From an uncultured Bacilli bacterium (GTDB taxonomy: Bacteria > Bacillota_I > Bacilli_A > RF39 > UBA660), in NCBI GenBank assembly GCA_944363885.1, contig CALVVO010000003.1, positions 1 to 46,135 of the forward strand: DNA of 46,135 nucleotides. The letters run 5' to 3'. The translations under genes were made by a program, and so were the position numbers. Within the stretch, counting starts at the first letter, position 1, and every line of letters starts with the position of its first letter. Below are positions 19,149 to 28,655 of this stretch, piece after piece. The notes beneath the pieces were generated by a model. The model ran no database searches, was not told the DNA's origin, and was given only the letters and a program-made list of their open reading frames with translations.

Positions 19149-19168
19149 AAAAGGGCTTTTGCCCTTTT
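19149..19168 (-). terminator. possible weak terminator hairpin at the end of the 889-aa (tandem-FtsX, system 2) permease gene
   Basis: AAAAGGGC-AAAA-GCCCTTTT overlapping the stop codon; the U tract is part of the stem. Confidence 0.35.
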
Positions 19169-21836
19169 AAATGTTTTCATTACGGATAGTTTCAATTGTG
19201 TTTTGTTTATTTATTTTATTTATAGAGTATTTCATTATAACAAATATTAATATAAATACTATTAATATAGATATTAATATTCCTAATAACGGTAAATTAT
19301 ATGGCATTCCACTGTCTTCTGTTAAGAAATAATGAATAGTATACGATAATATAGTTCCTAAAGTTATTCCTATTATTAATGATTTTATTCCAATAAACAA
19401 ACTTTCTAGTCTTATCATTTTATTGAATTCTTTTTTTGTCATTCCGACTGATTTTAGCATTGCAAATTCTTGTCGTCTTAATTCCATATTTGTTGTTATT
19501 GTGTTAAATATATTTGTTATTCCTATTAATGATATAACTATTATAAATCCGTATAAAAATATCCCAATCAGTGTGAATAAGTTGTTCATAATTCTAACAT
19601 TTTCTTCTAAATTATTTAGATAATAATCTTCAGTTTTTAAATACTCATCAATTTCATCTTGTAACTTATTAGCATTATTTGAATTATAAAATATCTCTAA
19701 ATCTTCGGAAGTAAATAATTTATCAAATAATTCATCACTGATAATAAATTGTGAACTTTCTCTATTTTTTAAACCAAATGGTTTTTCTTCTGTAACAAAA
19801 GCAATTTCTAAATTAATTGAAACATCATTATCAACAAAGCCTTTTATTACATCTCCTTTTTTTAAATAATTAATTCTCATATATTTATTTACAAATTTGC
19901 TCTTTTCATTATCGTATTTGCTTATATTAGCGTAATCAGATAATATTAACTTATCCTTTACATCTTGATACTTTAATCCTAATGAATCTACATATTTTTT
20001 ATATTGATCATCACCAATTGCAATTATATTAATATAATTATCTATATCTGGGTCTAGCTCTAATTTTAACCAATTAATATATTCAGAACTATAATAGTTT
20101 TCAATGGATTTTATAGTAGTTTGTCTAAGTATTGTATAATTTTCAATGTTGTCGAATTTTGTAGTTTTAATAAACTTATCTAGATTATTTCCATTACCAC
20201 TATTAGATAAATACACATTATACTCACTAATATTAAGTTCGTTTTCTACCATATCAAAAGCGATTCTCATAAAACTAAATAATGCAATAAATACAGTTAC
20301 AGAAACTACTATTGAAATGGTTGTAGTTCTATATTTTTTCTTATTTCTTTTTAAATTTTTATATGATATTTCTCCTCCTATTCCAAATAATTTGTTTATA
20401 ATTTTTGGACATTTTAAACTTTTTTTATTTATTTTAATATTTGAACTATTTCTTATTGAATCTATTGGAGATGTTTTAGATGCTTTACTTGCACTTCTAA
20501 ATGCTGATAAGTATATTGTAATTATTCCTAACAAAATTGCTATGATAATTGCAATATAAGAAAACGAAAATATAAGTTTTAAGCCATCGCTTAACATATC
20601 TTTTAAATAATAATTGCTTATTATAATTAGTATGTATGATGCTACAAAACCTGATAATATACCTAGCGGAATACCAATCATTCCCAAAATTGTTGCTTCA
20701 TAAAAAACATTTTTCTTAATCTGTTTTTTTGTGGCTCCTATGCTTTTTAACATACCATATTGTTTGATTTTCTCCGTTATTGATATGTCAAAACTATTTT
20801 TTATGCAAAATACTGATGTAGTAATTATGATTGTTATTACAATTCCAGCTACTATTCCTAGTCCTCCAACTCCGCTTCCACTTATTGGATTTGTTTCTAA
20901 ACTTATTAAATATTCATTAACGTTTATTTCATACTTTGATTTACTTAATTCTTCGTTTATTTTTTCAAATTCTTCGTAGGTTGCATTTGATACTCCTGTA
21001 TATGCTTTTTCGAATAGATCTTCATCGATTTCTAAAATATTAGCTGTTATTTTATATATGTTTTTTAATGATTTGTCGTTATAAAGTATGTATAAGTCGA
21101 CGTTTCCTTCAAAGTTTTTTTCATCAGTATATGTTATTAGTGTATATCCTGGTGCGATGTAATCTTCTATGTTTGATGCTGGCCTTTCTATTACTCCAAC
21201 TACTTTATATGTTTTTTTAGTCGTATCAATTATTTTTTCATTACTTTTTTCTATGTAGTTGGTTTCTTCTTTGCCGGTTTCCATATCTACCATTGTTTCT
21301 GTCATATTAACTGGATTGTATGGATTATTTTGTGTTAATTCGTGACCTTCATTATCTACTCTTTTACCAACCTCTAAAGTTATTGTGTCTCCAATCTGGT
21401 AATCAATTCTTCCATTAGTTTTTAAATGGGTCGGAATTAGTATTTCGTTTTCGTTTTCTGGCATTCTACCTTCAACTAATTTTATTGATAAATTTTCTAA
21501 TGATTTTTGTGTAAATGCTTTTATGTACGCGTAAGGTTTATATTCGTTTTTTGAATCAATGTTGGCATACCCAATGTTTTTTGTTATATTTATCTCTTCA
21601 ATTGCTCGATTGTTTTTAAACGTTTGTATTTCTTCGTTTGGAACGTTATAAAAGGCTACATGAAAATTACCTTTTTCGTGTATTTCAAAATTTATTAACG
21701 ATTTTACTCCACTTGCATATATTGTCGAAACTGCAGTAATTAAAGCAACTGACAAAATTATTCCAATTATAGTAACAATTGTTCTTTTTTTATTTAATTT
21801 TAAATTTTTTATTGTTAACTTGTTAAGCAAGGACAT
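19167..21836 (-). CDS. ABC transporter permease, tandem FtsX/MacB-type
   Basis: about 889 aa, same topology as 12218..15172 but without the coiled coil. Start set at ATG 21836 (GAGGAGG RBS), 1 nt after the ATPase stop. Confidence 0.85.
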   Translation of the reverse strand: MSLLNKLTIKNLKLNKKRTIVTIIGIILSVALITAVSTIYASGVKSLINFEIHEKGNFHVAFYNVPNEEIQTFKNNRAIEEINITKNIGYANIDSKNEYKPYAYIKAFTQKSLENLSIKLVEGRMPENENEILIPTHLKTNGRIDYQIGDTITLEVGKRVDNEGHELTQNNPYNPVNMTETMVDMETGKEETNYIEKSNEKIIDTTKKTYKVVGVIERPASNIEDYIAPGYTLITYTDEKNFEGNVDLYILYNDKSLKNIYKITANILEIDEDLFEKAYTGVSNATYEEFEKINEELSKSKYEINVNEYLISLETNPISGSGVGGLGIVAGIVITIIITTSVFCIKNSFDISITEKIKQYGMLKSIGATKKQIKKNVFYEATILGMIGIPLGILSGFVASYILIIISNYYLKDMLSDGLKLIFSFSYIAIIIAILLGIITIYLSAFRSASKASKTSPIDSIRNSSNIKINKKSLKCPKIINKLFGIGGEISYKNLKRNKKKYRTTTISIVVSVTVFIALFSFMRIAFDMVENELNISEYNVYLSNSGNGNNLDKFIKTTKFDNIENYTILRQTTIKSIENYYSSEYINWLKLELDPDIDNYINIIAIGDDQYKKYVDSLGLKYQDVKDKLILSDYANISKYDNEKSKFVNKYMRINYLKKGDVIKGFVDNDVSINLEIAFVTEEKPFGLKNRESSQFIISDELFDKLFTSEDLEIFYNSNNANKLQDEIDEYLKTEDYYLNNLEENVRIMNNLFTLIGIFLYGFIIVISLIGITNIFNTITTNMELRRQEFAMLKSVGMTKKEFNKMIRLESLFIGIKSLIIGITLGTILSYTIHYFLTEDSGMPYNLPLLGILISILIVFILIFVIMKYSINKINKQNTIETIRNENI

Positions 21837-21837
21837 T

Positions 21838-22509
21838 TTAAACCTCCTCAACAATTTTGCCGTCTTCTATTTTTATTATTCTGTCAGCATATTTTGCAAT
21901 TTCCATGTTATGTGTAATCATAATAATTGTTTGTTTTAAATCTTTATTTGATTTTTTTAGTAGTGTTACAATTTCATCGCTCGATTTAGAATCCAAGTTT
22001 CCTGTTGGTTCATCAGCTAGTATTATTGTTGGCTTTGTTATTAAAGCTCTACCGATACTGGTTCTTTGTTGTTGTCCACCTGATAATTCATTAGGCAAAT
22101 GTTTTTTTCTGTTTTGTAAACCTAATAATTTTAGCATTTCATTTAATTCTTCTTTATCTATTTCTCTATTATCTAATGATAATGGTAATGCAATATTTTC
22201 TTCAACATTTAATATTGGAATCAAATTATAGAATTGATATATTAAACCCACTTGCCTTCTTCTGAAAATCGCTAATTTATCATCATCTAATTTAAAAATA
22301 TCTTTTCCATCAATATATACTTTCCCTGAAGTTGGTCTATCAACCCCACCTATAATATGTAACAATGTTGATTTACCACTTCCACTTGCACCGACAATTG
22401 CAACAAATTCTCCCTTTTCGATAGAAAATGAAACATCATCTAACGCAATAACTTTTGTTGTATCTTTTCCATATATTTTTGTTAAATTTTCAACTTTTAA
22501 TATTTCCAT
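21838..22509 (-). CDS. ABC transporter ATP-binding protein
   Basis: Walker A GASGSGKST, signature LSGGQQQRTSIGRAL, Walker B IILADEPTGNLD; start at ATG 22509 after AAAGGAG. Confidence 0.92.
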   Translation of the reverse strand: MEILKVENLTKIYGKDTTKVIALDDVSFSIEKGEFVAIVGASGSGKSTLLHIIGGVDRPTSGKVYIDGKDIFKLDDDKLAIFRRRQVGLIYQFYNLIPILNVEENIALPLSLDNREIDKEELNEMLKLLGLQNRKKHLPNELSGGQQQRTSIGRALITKPTIILADEPTGNLDSKSSDEIVTLLKKSNKDLKQTIIMITHNMEIAKYADRIIKIEDGKIVEEV

Positions 22510-22578
22510 AACTTTTCTCCTTTTCATTAATAATTATATTATTATTAAAGTTACAGGTAAGTCACTTTAAAATATTTT

Positions 22579-23271
22579 TTACAATTTATTGATTAGTTCA
22601 TCATATTTATTTGATAATTCAGTATCATCAAAAACTATATTTTTTCCAACTATTTCCCAAGCATTTTGGTTATTTGATAACATGTTAATAACTTCTTCAT
22701 AAATATTTAGCATATCTAATATTTCATTTAAAGATTTTTCTACTTCTTCTGTTCCATTATCATATTCTATATCTCCTACATATTCTTCTCTATATAATTC
22801 AATATAGTATTCATCTAAGTTTTTATCTTTTATATATGACATTGCCTTTTCTTCAGTAAAAAATTCTAAGTATACATTTTTGTATTCTGTGAGGTTGTTT
22901 TTTGTATCTTCTATATATTGCTTTGACTTTATAAAATCTTTACCATCATTCAAATAATTTTCAACTGTTAAAATATTTATCAAATTTTCATCATTTAATA
23001 TATTAGCAATTTTTAATGTATTATCAAAATTGTCTTTTAAATAGTTTTTAAAAGATTTTTCTACTTCTTCGTAATCTCCTTTTGTAATTGTTCGATTTAA
23101 TACTTTATATATTTCTTCGACATTAATTTCTTTTGCATTAGTTAGTTCACTTATGTATACTAGTTCCTTATTTAGTTTGTTTTCTTGAATTAAATCCCAT
23201 ATAACTAGTGAACTTATGATTATTATTATAAGTAATGCTATTAATAAAATTATTTTTAATACTTTTTTCAT
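22579..23271 (-). CDS. hypothetical membrane-anchored protein
   Basis: 230 aa, one N-terminal TM helix (KIILLIALLIIIIISSLVIW), helical acidic remainder; GGAG RBS. Confidence 0.55.
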   Translation of the reverse strand: MKKVLKIILLIALLIIIIISSLVIWDLIQENKLNKELVYISELTNAKEINVEEIYKVLNRTITKGDYEEVEKSFKNYLKDNFDNTLKIANILNDENLINILTVENYLNDGKDFIKSKQYIEDTKNNLTEYKNVYLEFFTEEKAMSYIKDKNLDEYYIELYREEYVGDIEYDNGTEEVEKSLNEILDMLNIYEEVINMLSNNQNAWEIVGKNIVFDDTELSNKYDELINKL

Positions 23272-23300
23272 TTTTACTCTCCTTTTAATGCTTTGGTTTA

Positions 23301-24209
23301 CTAGTAATTATTATTTTTTTCCATATCTAGATCTGTTGCAATTCCCTTCATAAGAGTTATTATATCATTTGAAAAATTTTCTTTATTTGTTAAAAAATCT
23401 CCAACTGCAAATTCGGATTTATTCACGTTTATTCCTTTTAAATTTGCCGTCATATTTGTATTATTGTTTTTAGGTATAAAATATCTTACAAATATTTTTT
23501 CTTTATCTGTAGTATCAATCTCAAACACTGTTGCGTGGCCTAAATTACGTGCCATTATTAATATTTTGTCTGTCAAACTTAATATGTCTATTCTATCGCT
23601 ATTTATATTATCTTTTAAAATTTCATCAAATAATTTTTCTCCAAGTTCGTCTATCTTTCCTCTTAAAAATATTCCCTCCCATTCATCTGTTTGATTCTCT
23701 TTTTTGCTCTTAATTTCAGGTATGTCTTCATAAAATTTTTCATTGTTTATTATGTAACTATGAATATAATGTAAAAATTCATTAATCGTTATAGGTGTTT
23801 CAACATTTTCACCATAAAACAAATAATATCCTTTCAATCCTTTTCTAACAGAATCTACAAATTCAGGTCTTAAATTGCCAATATTACTTTTAATATATTG
23901 TAAGGTTTTTAATAATCCTTGGTTTAAAATACTATAAAATTCGATTCCGTTTATATCTTGCTCTATTTGGTTGATTTTAGATGTAAATGTGTCTTTTATA
24001 TGGGCTGGGATATTAAAGTCACTAATAATTTGATTTATTAAAAAATTTATTTTTTCGATTTCTTTAATTAACTTATCTGCATAATTTATTTTTGACTCTT
24101 CATCATAAAAATCTGTCTCTGTAGGTATTATCGCATTTAATATTTGCTTTATTTCTAAATCCTTTTTAAAAAAGATTTCAATTTTTTGGTATTTTTCTTC
24201 TTTTATCAT
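23301..24209 (-). CDS. hypothetical cytoplasmic protein
   Basis: 302-aa ORF, no TM helix and no motif recognised; 12 nt after the HD gene stop. Confidence 0.55.
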   Translation of the reverse strand: MIKEEKYQKIEIFFKKDLEIKQILNAIIPTETDFYDEESKINYADKLIKEIEKINFLINQIISDFNIPAHIKDTFTSKINQIEQDINGIEFYSILNQGLLKTLQYIKSNIGNLRPEFVDSVRKGLKGYYLFYGENVETPITINEFLHYIHSYIINNEKFYEDIPEIKSKKENQTDEWEGIFLRGKIDELGEKLFDEILKDNINSDRIDILSLTDKILIMARNLGHATVFEIDTTDKEKIFVRYFIPKNNNTNMTANLKGINVNKSEFAVGDFLTNKENFSNDIITLMKGIATDLDMEKNNNY

Positions 24210-24221
24210 ACATTACACCTT

Positions 24222-25247
24222 TTACATTTCTAAATCTAAATAAACATATTTATTCATATCATATGATAGATTTTTATCTATCATTTTTTTTGCAATTTTA
24301 CATTTTTTTGAAATTCTATTTCCGTTTAATAATGGATCAATATATCTAATTTTTGCTGGGTGATTAACATAATATACATTTTTGGGTTCTTCTTTTGATG
24401 TTTTTACTTTTTTGGCAGTTTTCCAAATATTAAATATTTTTTTGTATTTGGATTTTTCAATTATGTTTATTATTTCACTTTCTTTGAGTTCATATAAATC
24501 TTTTTTAGATATTTTGTTTTCTTCATTAAGTTTTTTTAATATGTCTGCAATAAATTGCATTGAATATCTTGTCTTGTCTTCTCTATATATTATTGATAAT
24601 TTGCTAGTTACTTTAACAAATTCTCTCGCTATTCTTTTTGTTTTAAATCCTAATTCAATTTCATTGTTTTCATTTATTTGAATTTCAATGTCATTATAAA
24701 TTTCTTCTATTACACTTTTCTCTAATAATCTATAAGTAAATAATGCGTTTGATAGTGAATATTCTAATCTATCTGCTGATAATTTTGGTGTATCATTGTC
24801 AGCAATTGGATATAAGTGATAATTATCTATTTCAGAAAGTTTTATCTCATCTCTTTTTAAGAGTTTCATAATGTCACTAGAATTTTTAATAATGTCGGAT
24901 GTTAAGTCTTCTGTTGATTCTTGATTCATATAATCTCCATCTAAAAAATCTACGCAGTGTTTGAATGCCGGTGTTGCTATGTCGTGGAAGAGCCCTGCTA
25001 AAGTTTGTTTTTTGTCATGAGTAAAATGCCACACTATTAATGCAACTGCTATTGAGTGATCTAAACTTGAAAAGAAAAATTTGCTTTCGAATAAATCAGA
25101 ATATATTGTCCCACATGTTATACTTATATATTTTTGAGATAAAAGTTCTTTTGTCTCAATATACTCATTTAACCACTCCGGAAAATTTGGTTCTAATATT
25201 TTAAAATATTCTTTCAATTCGTTGTTGGCTTCCTCTATATAGTTCAT
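24222..25247 (-). CDS. HD-domain metal-dependent phosphohydrolase-like protein
   Basis: LDHS...LAGLFHDIATPAFKH...LSADRLEYS (H..HD..D pattern); start at ATG 25247 after AGGTGG. Confidence 0.8.
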   Translation of the reverse strand: MNYIEEANNELKEYFKILEPNFPEWLNEYIETKELLSQKYISITCGTIYSDLFESKFFFSSLDHSIAVALIVWHFTHDKKQTLAGLFHDIATPAFKHCVDFLDGDYMNQESTEDLTSDIIKNSSDIMKLLKRDEIKLSEIDNYHLYPIADNDTPKLSADRLEYSLSNALFTYRLLEKSVIEEIYNDIEIQINENNEIELGFKTKRIAREFVKVTSKLSIIYREDKTRYSMQFIADILKKLNEENKISKKDLYELKESEIINIIEKSKYKKIFNIWKTAKKVKTSKEEPKNVYYVNHPAKIRYIDPLLNGNRISKKCKIAKKMIDKNLSYDMNKYVYLDLEM

Positions 25248-25434
25248 TTTACCACCTGTACGCATAATAAATTTCTTATTTGTATTATATCATATTTTTT
25301 GCACAATTACTTTTTATTGCTATGATTTTCAATTAATCTTTATATAATGAAGTGACTTTGTTTAGTTTACATACACTTCAATTTGTTTTTTGTATGTTTG
25401 TATAAAATAACATTTTCAAACAAAACATAGTAAT

Positions 25435-25974
25435 TTAGCAGAGGTTTGTATATTTATGTTTAATCCAAATTTGAGCAATACATTTATTACAATTTTTATC
25501 TCTATTTACACATTTAGGGCAATAATTATTTTTTCTATAATAGTTATTTCCTAAATTTTTAATTAATTCATATCCACATTTTTTTAAAATAAATTTAGAA
25601 TTTACATATTTTCCATTGTCACCCCATGCCTCATAAAGGATGTCATATTTATTATTACAACTGCACAATTTTAATAAGTTTGTTCCGATACCTCTACCTT
25701 GTTATTTTTTATCTACAGCTAAATATAAAATTTCTCTGATATTCTTTAAATTCAAATTATATTTATCGGATTTTATAACATTGCTTATTCCGCAAGTTCC
25801 TACAATTTTACCATTAATAATACATACATAATAATTATTTATATCTTTAGTTATATCTTCAATATTAGTTTCTAATATTGATTTTTTAGATTTAATGTTA
25901 CAAGATCCAATCAAATCCGTAACAAGTTGTGCTATGCAGTTAATGTCACTAATTATTGCTTTTCTATATTCCAT
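25435..25974 (-). pseudogene. GNAT-family N-acetyltransferase interrupted by an in-frame TAA
   Basis: ORFs 25702..25983 and 25435..25668 are in the same frame. Read-through gives LAVDKK*QGRGIGTNLL, the GNAT motif A (Q-x-x-G-x-G), with the stop at 25702..25704. Confidence 0.7.
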
Positions 25975-26073
25975 AAATATCAACTACTTTCATTAATTAT
26001 TTGTTTAGTTAAATAATATTATTAATTTAATATATATAAATAAATCTGCTAAATTATTATATTTTTATAATGA

Positions 26074-27159
26074 TTAACAACTTTTTAGTTCGCATACGCA
26101 TTCAACATGATTGGTTCTAGGAAACATGTCAAAAGCTTTGATGCATTCTAATTTGTAACTATTATTTAATAAATTTAAATCTCTTGCTAATGTCATTGGA
26201 TTACAAGATACATATATGATTTTTTTAGGATTTATACTAATAATTTGTTTTATTGTTGTTTTACTTAGACCACTTCTAGGTGGATCTACAATTATTGTAT
26301 CAATTTTTTCATTAATTTTTGGTAAGTTATCTTCTACTTTTCCTAACATAAAAGTGATATTTTCTAAATTGTTTATTTTTTTATTTTCTAAAGTATTTTT
26401 ATAGGAGTTTTCATTTATTTCTATTCCATATATTTTTTTGCAATTTTCACTTAGTAAAATCGAAAACACGCCAACTCCGGAATATAAATCAAGTAATACA
26501 TCATTTGAACTGATAAGTTTTTTTATGTGATTAAACATTTTTTCATAAGTATATGGGTTTATTTGAAAAAATGAATTTAAATTGACTTTGAATTTATATT
26601 TATCTATGTTTATTGTTATATTTTCATTTTCATTTGAAATTATCTCTTTTCCATTAGTTCTTATAATTCCTTCTTTTGGTTTGTTATGTAATATTTCATT
26701 TATCTTTTCATCGACTAATTTGCATTCTTTAATTTCTATTACTTCACTACTATTCTTTTTTACTAAACCTATCTTTTCATTTTGTTTATGTAATGTTATT
26801 TTATTTCTATAGTTGTATACTTTATCAGAAGGTGTTATTTCTATGTTTACATCTATGTGTGCGTATTTTTTTAAGATATTTTCTACTTTTTCTTTTTTAT
26901 ATTTAAGTTCAGTTTCATAGTTCACATGGCCAAAATCACAACCGCCACATTCATTAAAATATGGGCATATTGGATCTATTCTATAAGAGCTTTTTTGAAT
27001 TATTTTTTGAATCTTTGCTAAGTTATAATTTTTTTTCTCATTTGTAAGTATTATATCTATTACTTCACCAGGCAACGCATTTTCAACAAATGTTATTTTG
27101 CCATTTACTCTTGTAATTCCTAAACCTTGGTGATTTATATTTTCTATTTTAACTATCAT
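26074..27159 (-). CDS. 23S rRNA (uracil-5-)-methyltransferase, RumA/RlmCD family
   Basis: N-terminal TRAM-like domain, Cys cluster CPYFNECGGC, SAM-MTase motifs DLYSGVG and DPPRSG, catalytic VSCNP. Confidence 0.85.
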   Translation of the reverse strand: MIVKIENINHQGLGITRVNGKITFVENALPGEVIDIILTNEKKNYNLAKIQKIIQKSSYRIDPICPYFNECGGCDFGHVNYETELKYKKEKVENILKKYAHIDVNIEITPSDKVYNYRNKITLHKQNEKIGLVKKNSSEVIEIKECKLVDEKINEILHNKPKEGIIRTNGKEIISNENENITINIDKYKFKVNLNSFFQINPYTYEKMFNHIKKLISSNDVLLDLYSGVGVFSILLSENCKKIYGIEINENSYKNTLENKKINNLENITFMLGKVEDNLPKINEKIDTIIVDPPRSGLSKTTIKQIISINPKKIIYVSCNPMTLARDLNLLNNSYKLECIKAFDMFPRTNHVECVCELKSC

Positions 27160-27219
27160 ATTTTCTCCTGTAGTTATTATATCACGTATATAAACATTTT
27201 TTTTGTAAAACTTAATAAT

Positions 27220-28653
27220 ATGAACAGTAAAGATGTGTTGAGAAAGTTATATAAATTAAAGAAAACAATGCCAGATTTAATGATAAAAGAATTAAGTTAT
27301 GGCCTTTTTAGTACTGTTTATGTAGTAGCAATTGAAACTGTATGTAGTACAGATAGAATTAATGATTTTATATTAAAATTTTTTGGTAATAAAAGAAATA
27401 GCGCAAAGAAAAATATTAATATAAATAAAGATTTACAACAATTTGTTCCTGGTATTAATAAAAAAACTATAAAAGACTTTGACAATTTGCTCTATTTTTT
27501 ATTTAGTGGATTTACAGTTATTATTTACGATAAAACATTTTTAGCATTTGAAACAAGAGCAAGTATTGATAGAGGTGTTAATCCCCCTACAAGTGAGCCT
27601 GTTACTCGTGGACCTAAAGATAGCTTTAATGAAAATTATAACACTAATTTAGGTCTTATTAGAAAACGTGTCAAATCTAAAGATTTAATTATTGAAGAAT
27701 TAACTGTAGGTAGAGAATCTAAAAGTAAAGTTGCTGTTATTTATATGGGTAATATTTGCGATATAAATGTTGCAAATAAAATAATTAAAGATATAGAGGA
27801 TATAGATATTGATGGTGTTTTTGATATAAATTATATAAAAGAGTTAATTAGAAATCAAAATTATACTTTTTTTCCTACAATGATTGTAAGTGAAAAGCCA
27901 GATGATACTTCTAAAAATCTTTTAGATGGAAAAATTATTGTTATGATGGAAAATTCACCTGAAGTCTTATTATTACCCACTTTCTTTATTAATTTTTTTC
28001 AAAATAATGAGGATTATTATAGAAAACCTTTTTTTGTTTCTTTTGTAAGGATTATTAGAATATTGAGTTTTTTTATTTCAATTATTTTGCCGGCTTTGTT
28101 TCTTTCTTTACTGACTTATGACCAGGAAATACTTCCTACCAGTCTTATAATTAATTTTGCTGCTCAAAGAAATAATATTCCTTTTCCAACTATTATTGAA
28201 CTTTGCATTCTTTTATTCATATTCGAAATAATATATGAAGGTGATGCAAGAACACCATCTTCAAGTAGCACAAGTTTGTCAATATTAGGTGCATTAGTTT
28301 TAGGTGATGCCGCAGTTAACGCAGGTTTAATTTCACCAATAGTTGTAATAGTTGTTGCTATTTCATCTATTACTAGTCTTTTATCTGTATTTCAGGAAAT
28401 GCAAACTCCTATTAGATTTTGGAGATATACACTCTTAATATTTGTATTATTCTTTGGAATAGTTGGATTTTGCGTGGGATGTACTCTTCTTTTAATTAAT
28501 TTGTGCACTATTGAAAGTTATGGCAAATCTTATTTATCTCCATTTGCTCCATTTGATTTGCAAGCACAAGGAAATGCTGTTATCAGAAGAAATTTAAGAC
28601 ATTTAAAATTCAGAAAATCTTATTTATCAAATAATCACGTTAGAAAGGGTTAA
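27220..28653 (+). CDS. spore germination receptor, GerA-family A subunit
   Basis: GerAA/GerKA-like sequence (GPKDSFNENYNTNLGLIRKR, PTFFINFFQ, C-terminal TM helices). Start uncertain; ATG 27220 chosen to avoid overlap with the divergent gene. Confidence 0.85.
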   Translation: MNSKDVLRKLYKLKKTMPDLMIKELSYGLFSTVYVVAIETVCSTDRINDFILKFFGNKRNSAKKNININKDLQQFVPGINKKTIKDFDNLLYFLFSGFTVIIYDKTFLAFETRASIDRGVNPPTSEPVTRGPKDSFNENYNTNLGLIRKRVKSKDLIIEELTVGRESKSKVAVIYMGNICDINVANKIIKDIEDIDIDGVFDINYIKELIRNQNYTFFPTMIVSEKPDDTSKNLLDGKIIVMMENSPEVLLLPTFFINFFQNNEDYYRKPFFVSFVRIIRILSFFISIILPALFLSLLTYDQEILPTSLIINFAAQRNNIPFPTIIELCILLFIFEIIYEGDARTPSSSSTSLSILGALVLGDAAVNAGLISPIVVIVVAISSITSLLSVFQEMQTPIRFWRYTLLIFVLFFGIVGFCVGCTLLLINLCTIESYGKSYLSPFAPFDLQAQGNAVIRRNLRHLKFRKSYLSNNHVRKG

Positions 28654-28655
28654 TT

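Noticed and set aside
25702-25704. Programmed recoding/read-through of the stop in the GNAT gene
   Set aside because: The codon is TAA, not UGA or UAG, and no SECIS-like or slippery context was seen. A nonsense mutation or sequencing error is simpler.
27127-27219. Long N-terminal extension of the GerA-subunit ORF overlapping the divergent methyltransferase start
   Set aside because: The extension is hydrophobic junk (MVIYIFYFNYHIF...) that overlaps another gene's start. The internal ATG 27220 gives a normal-length protein.
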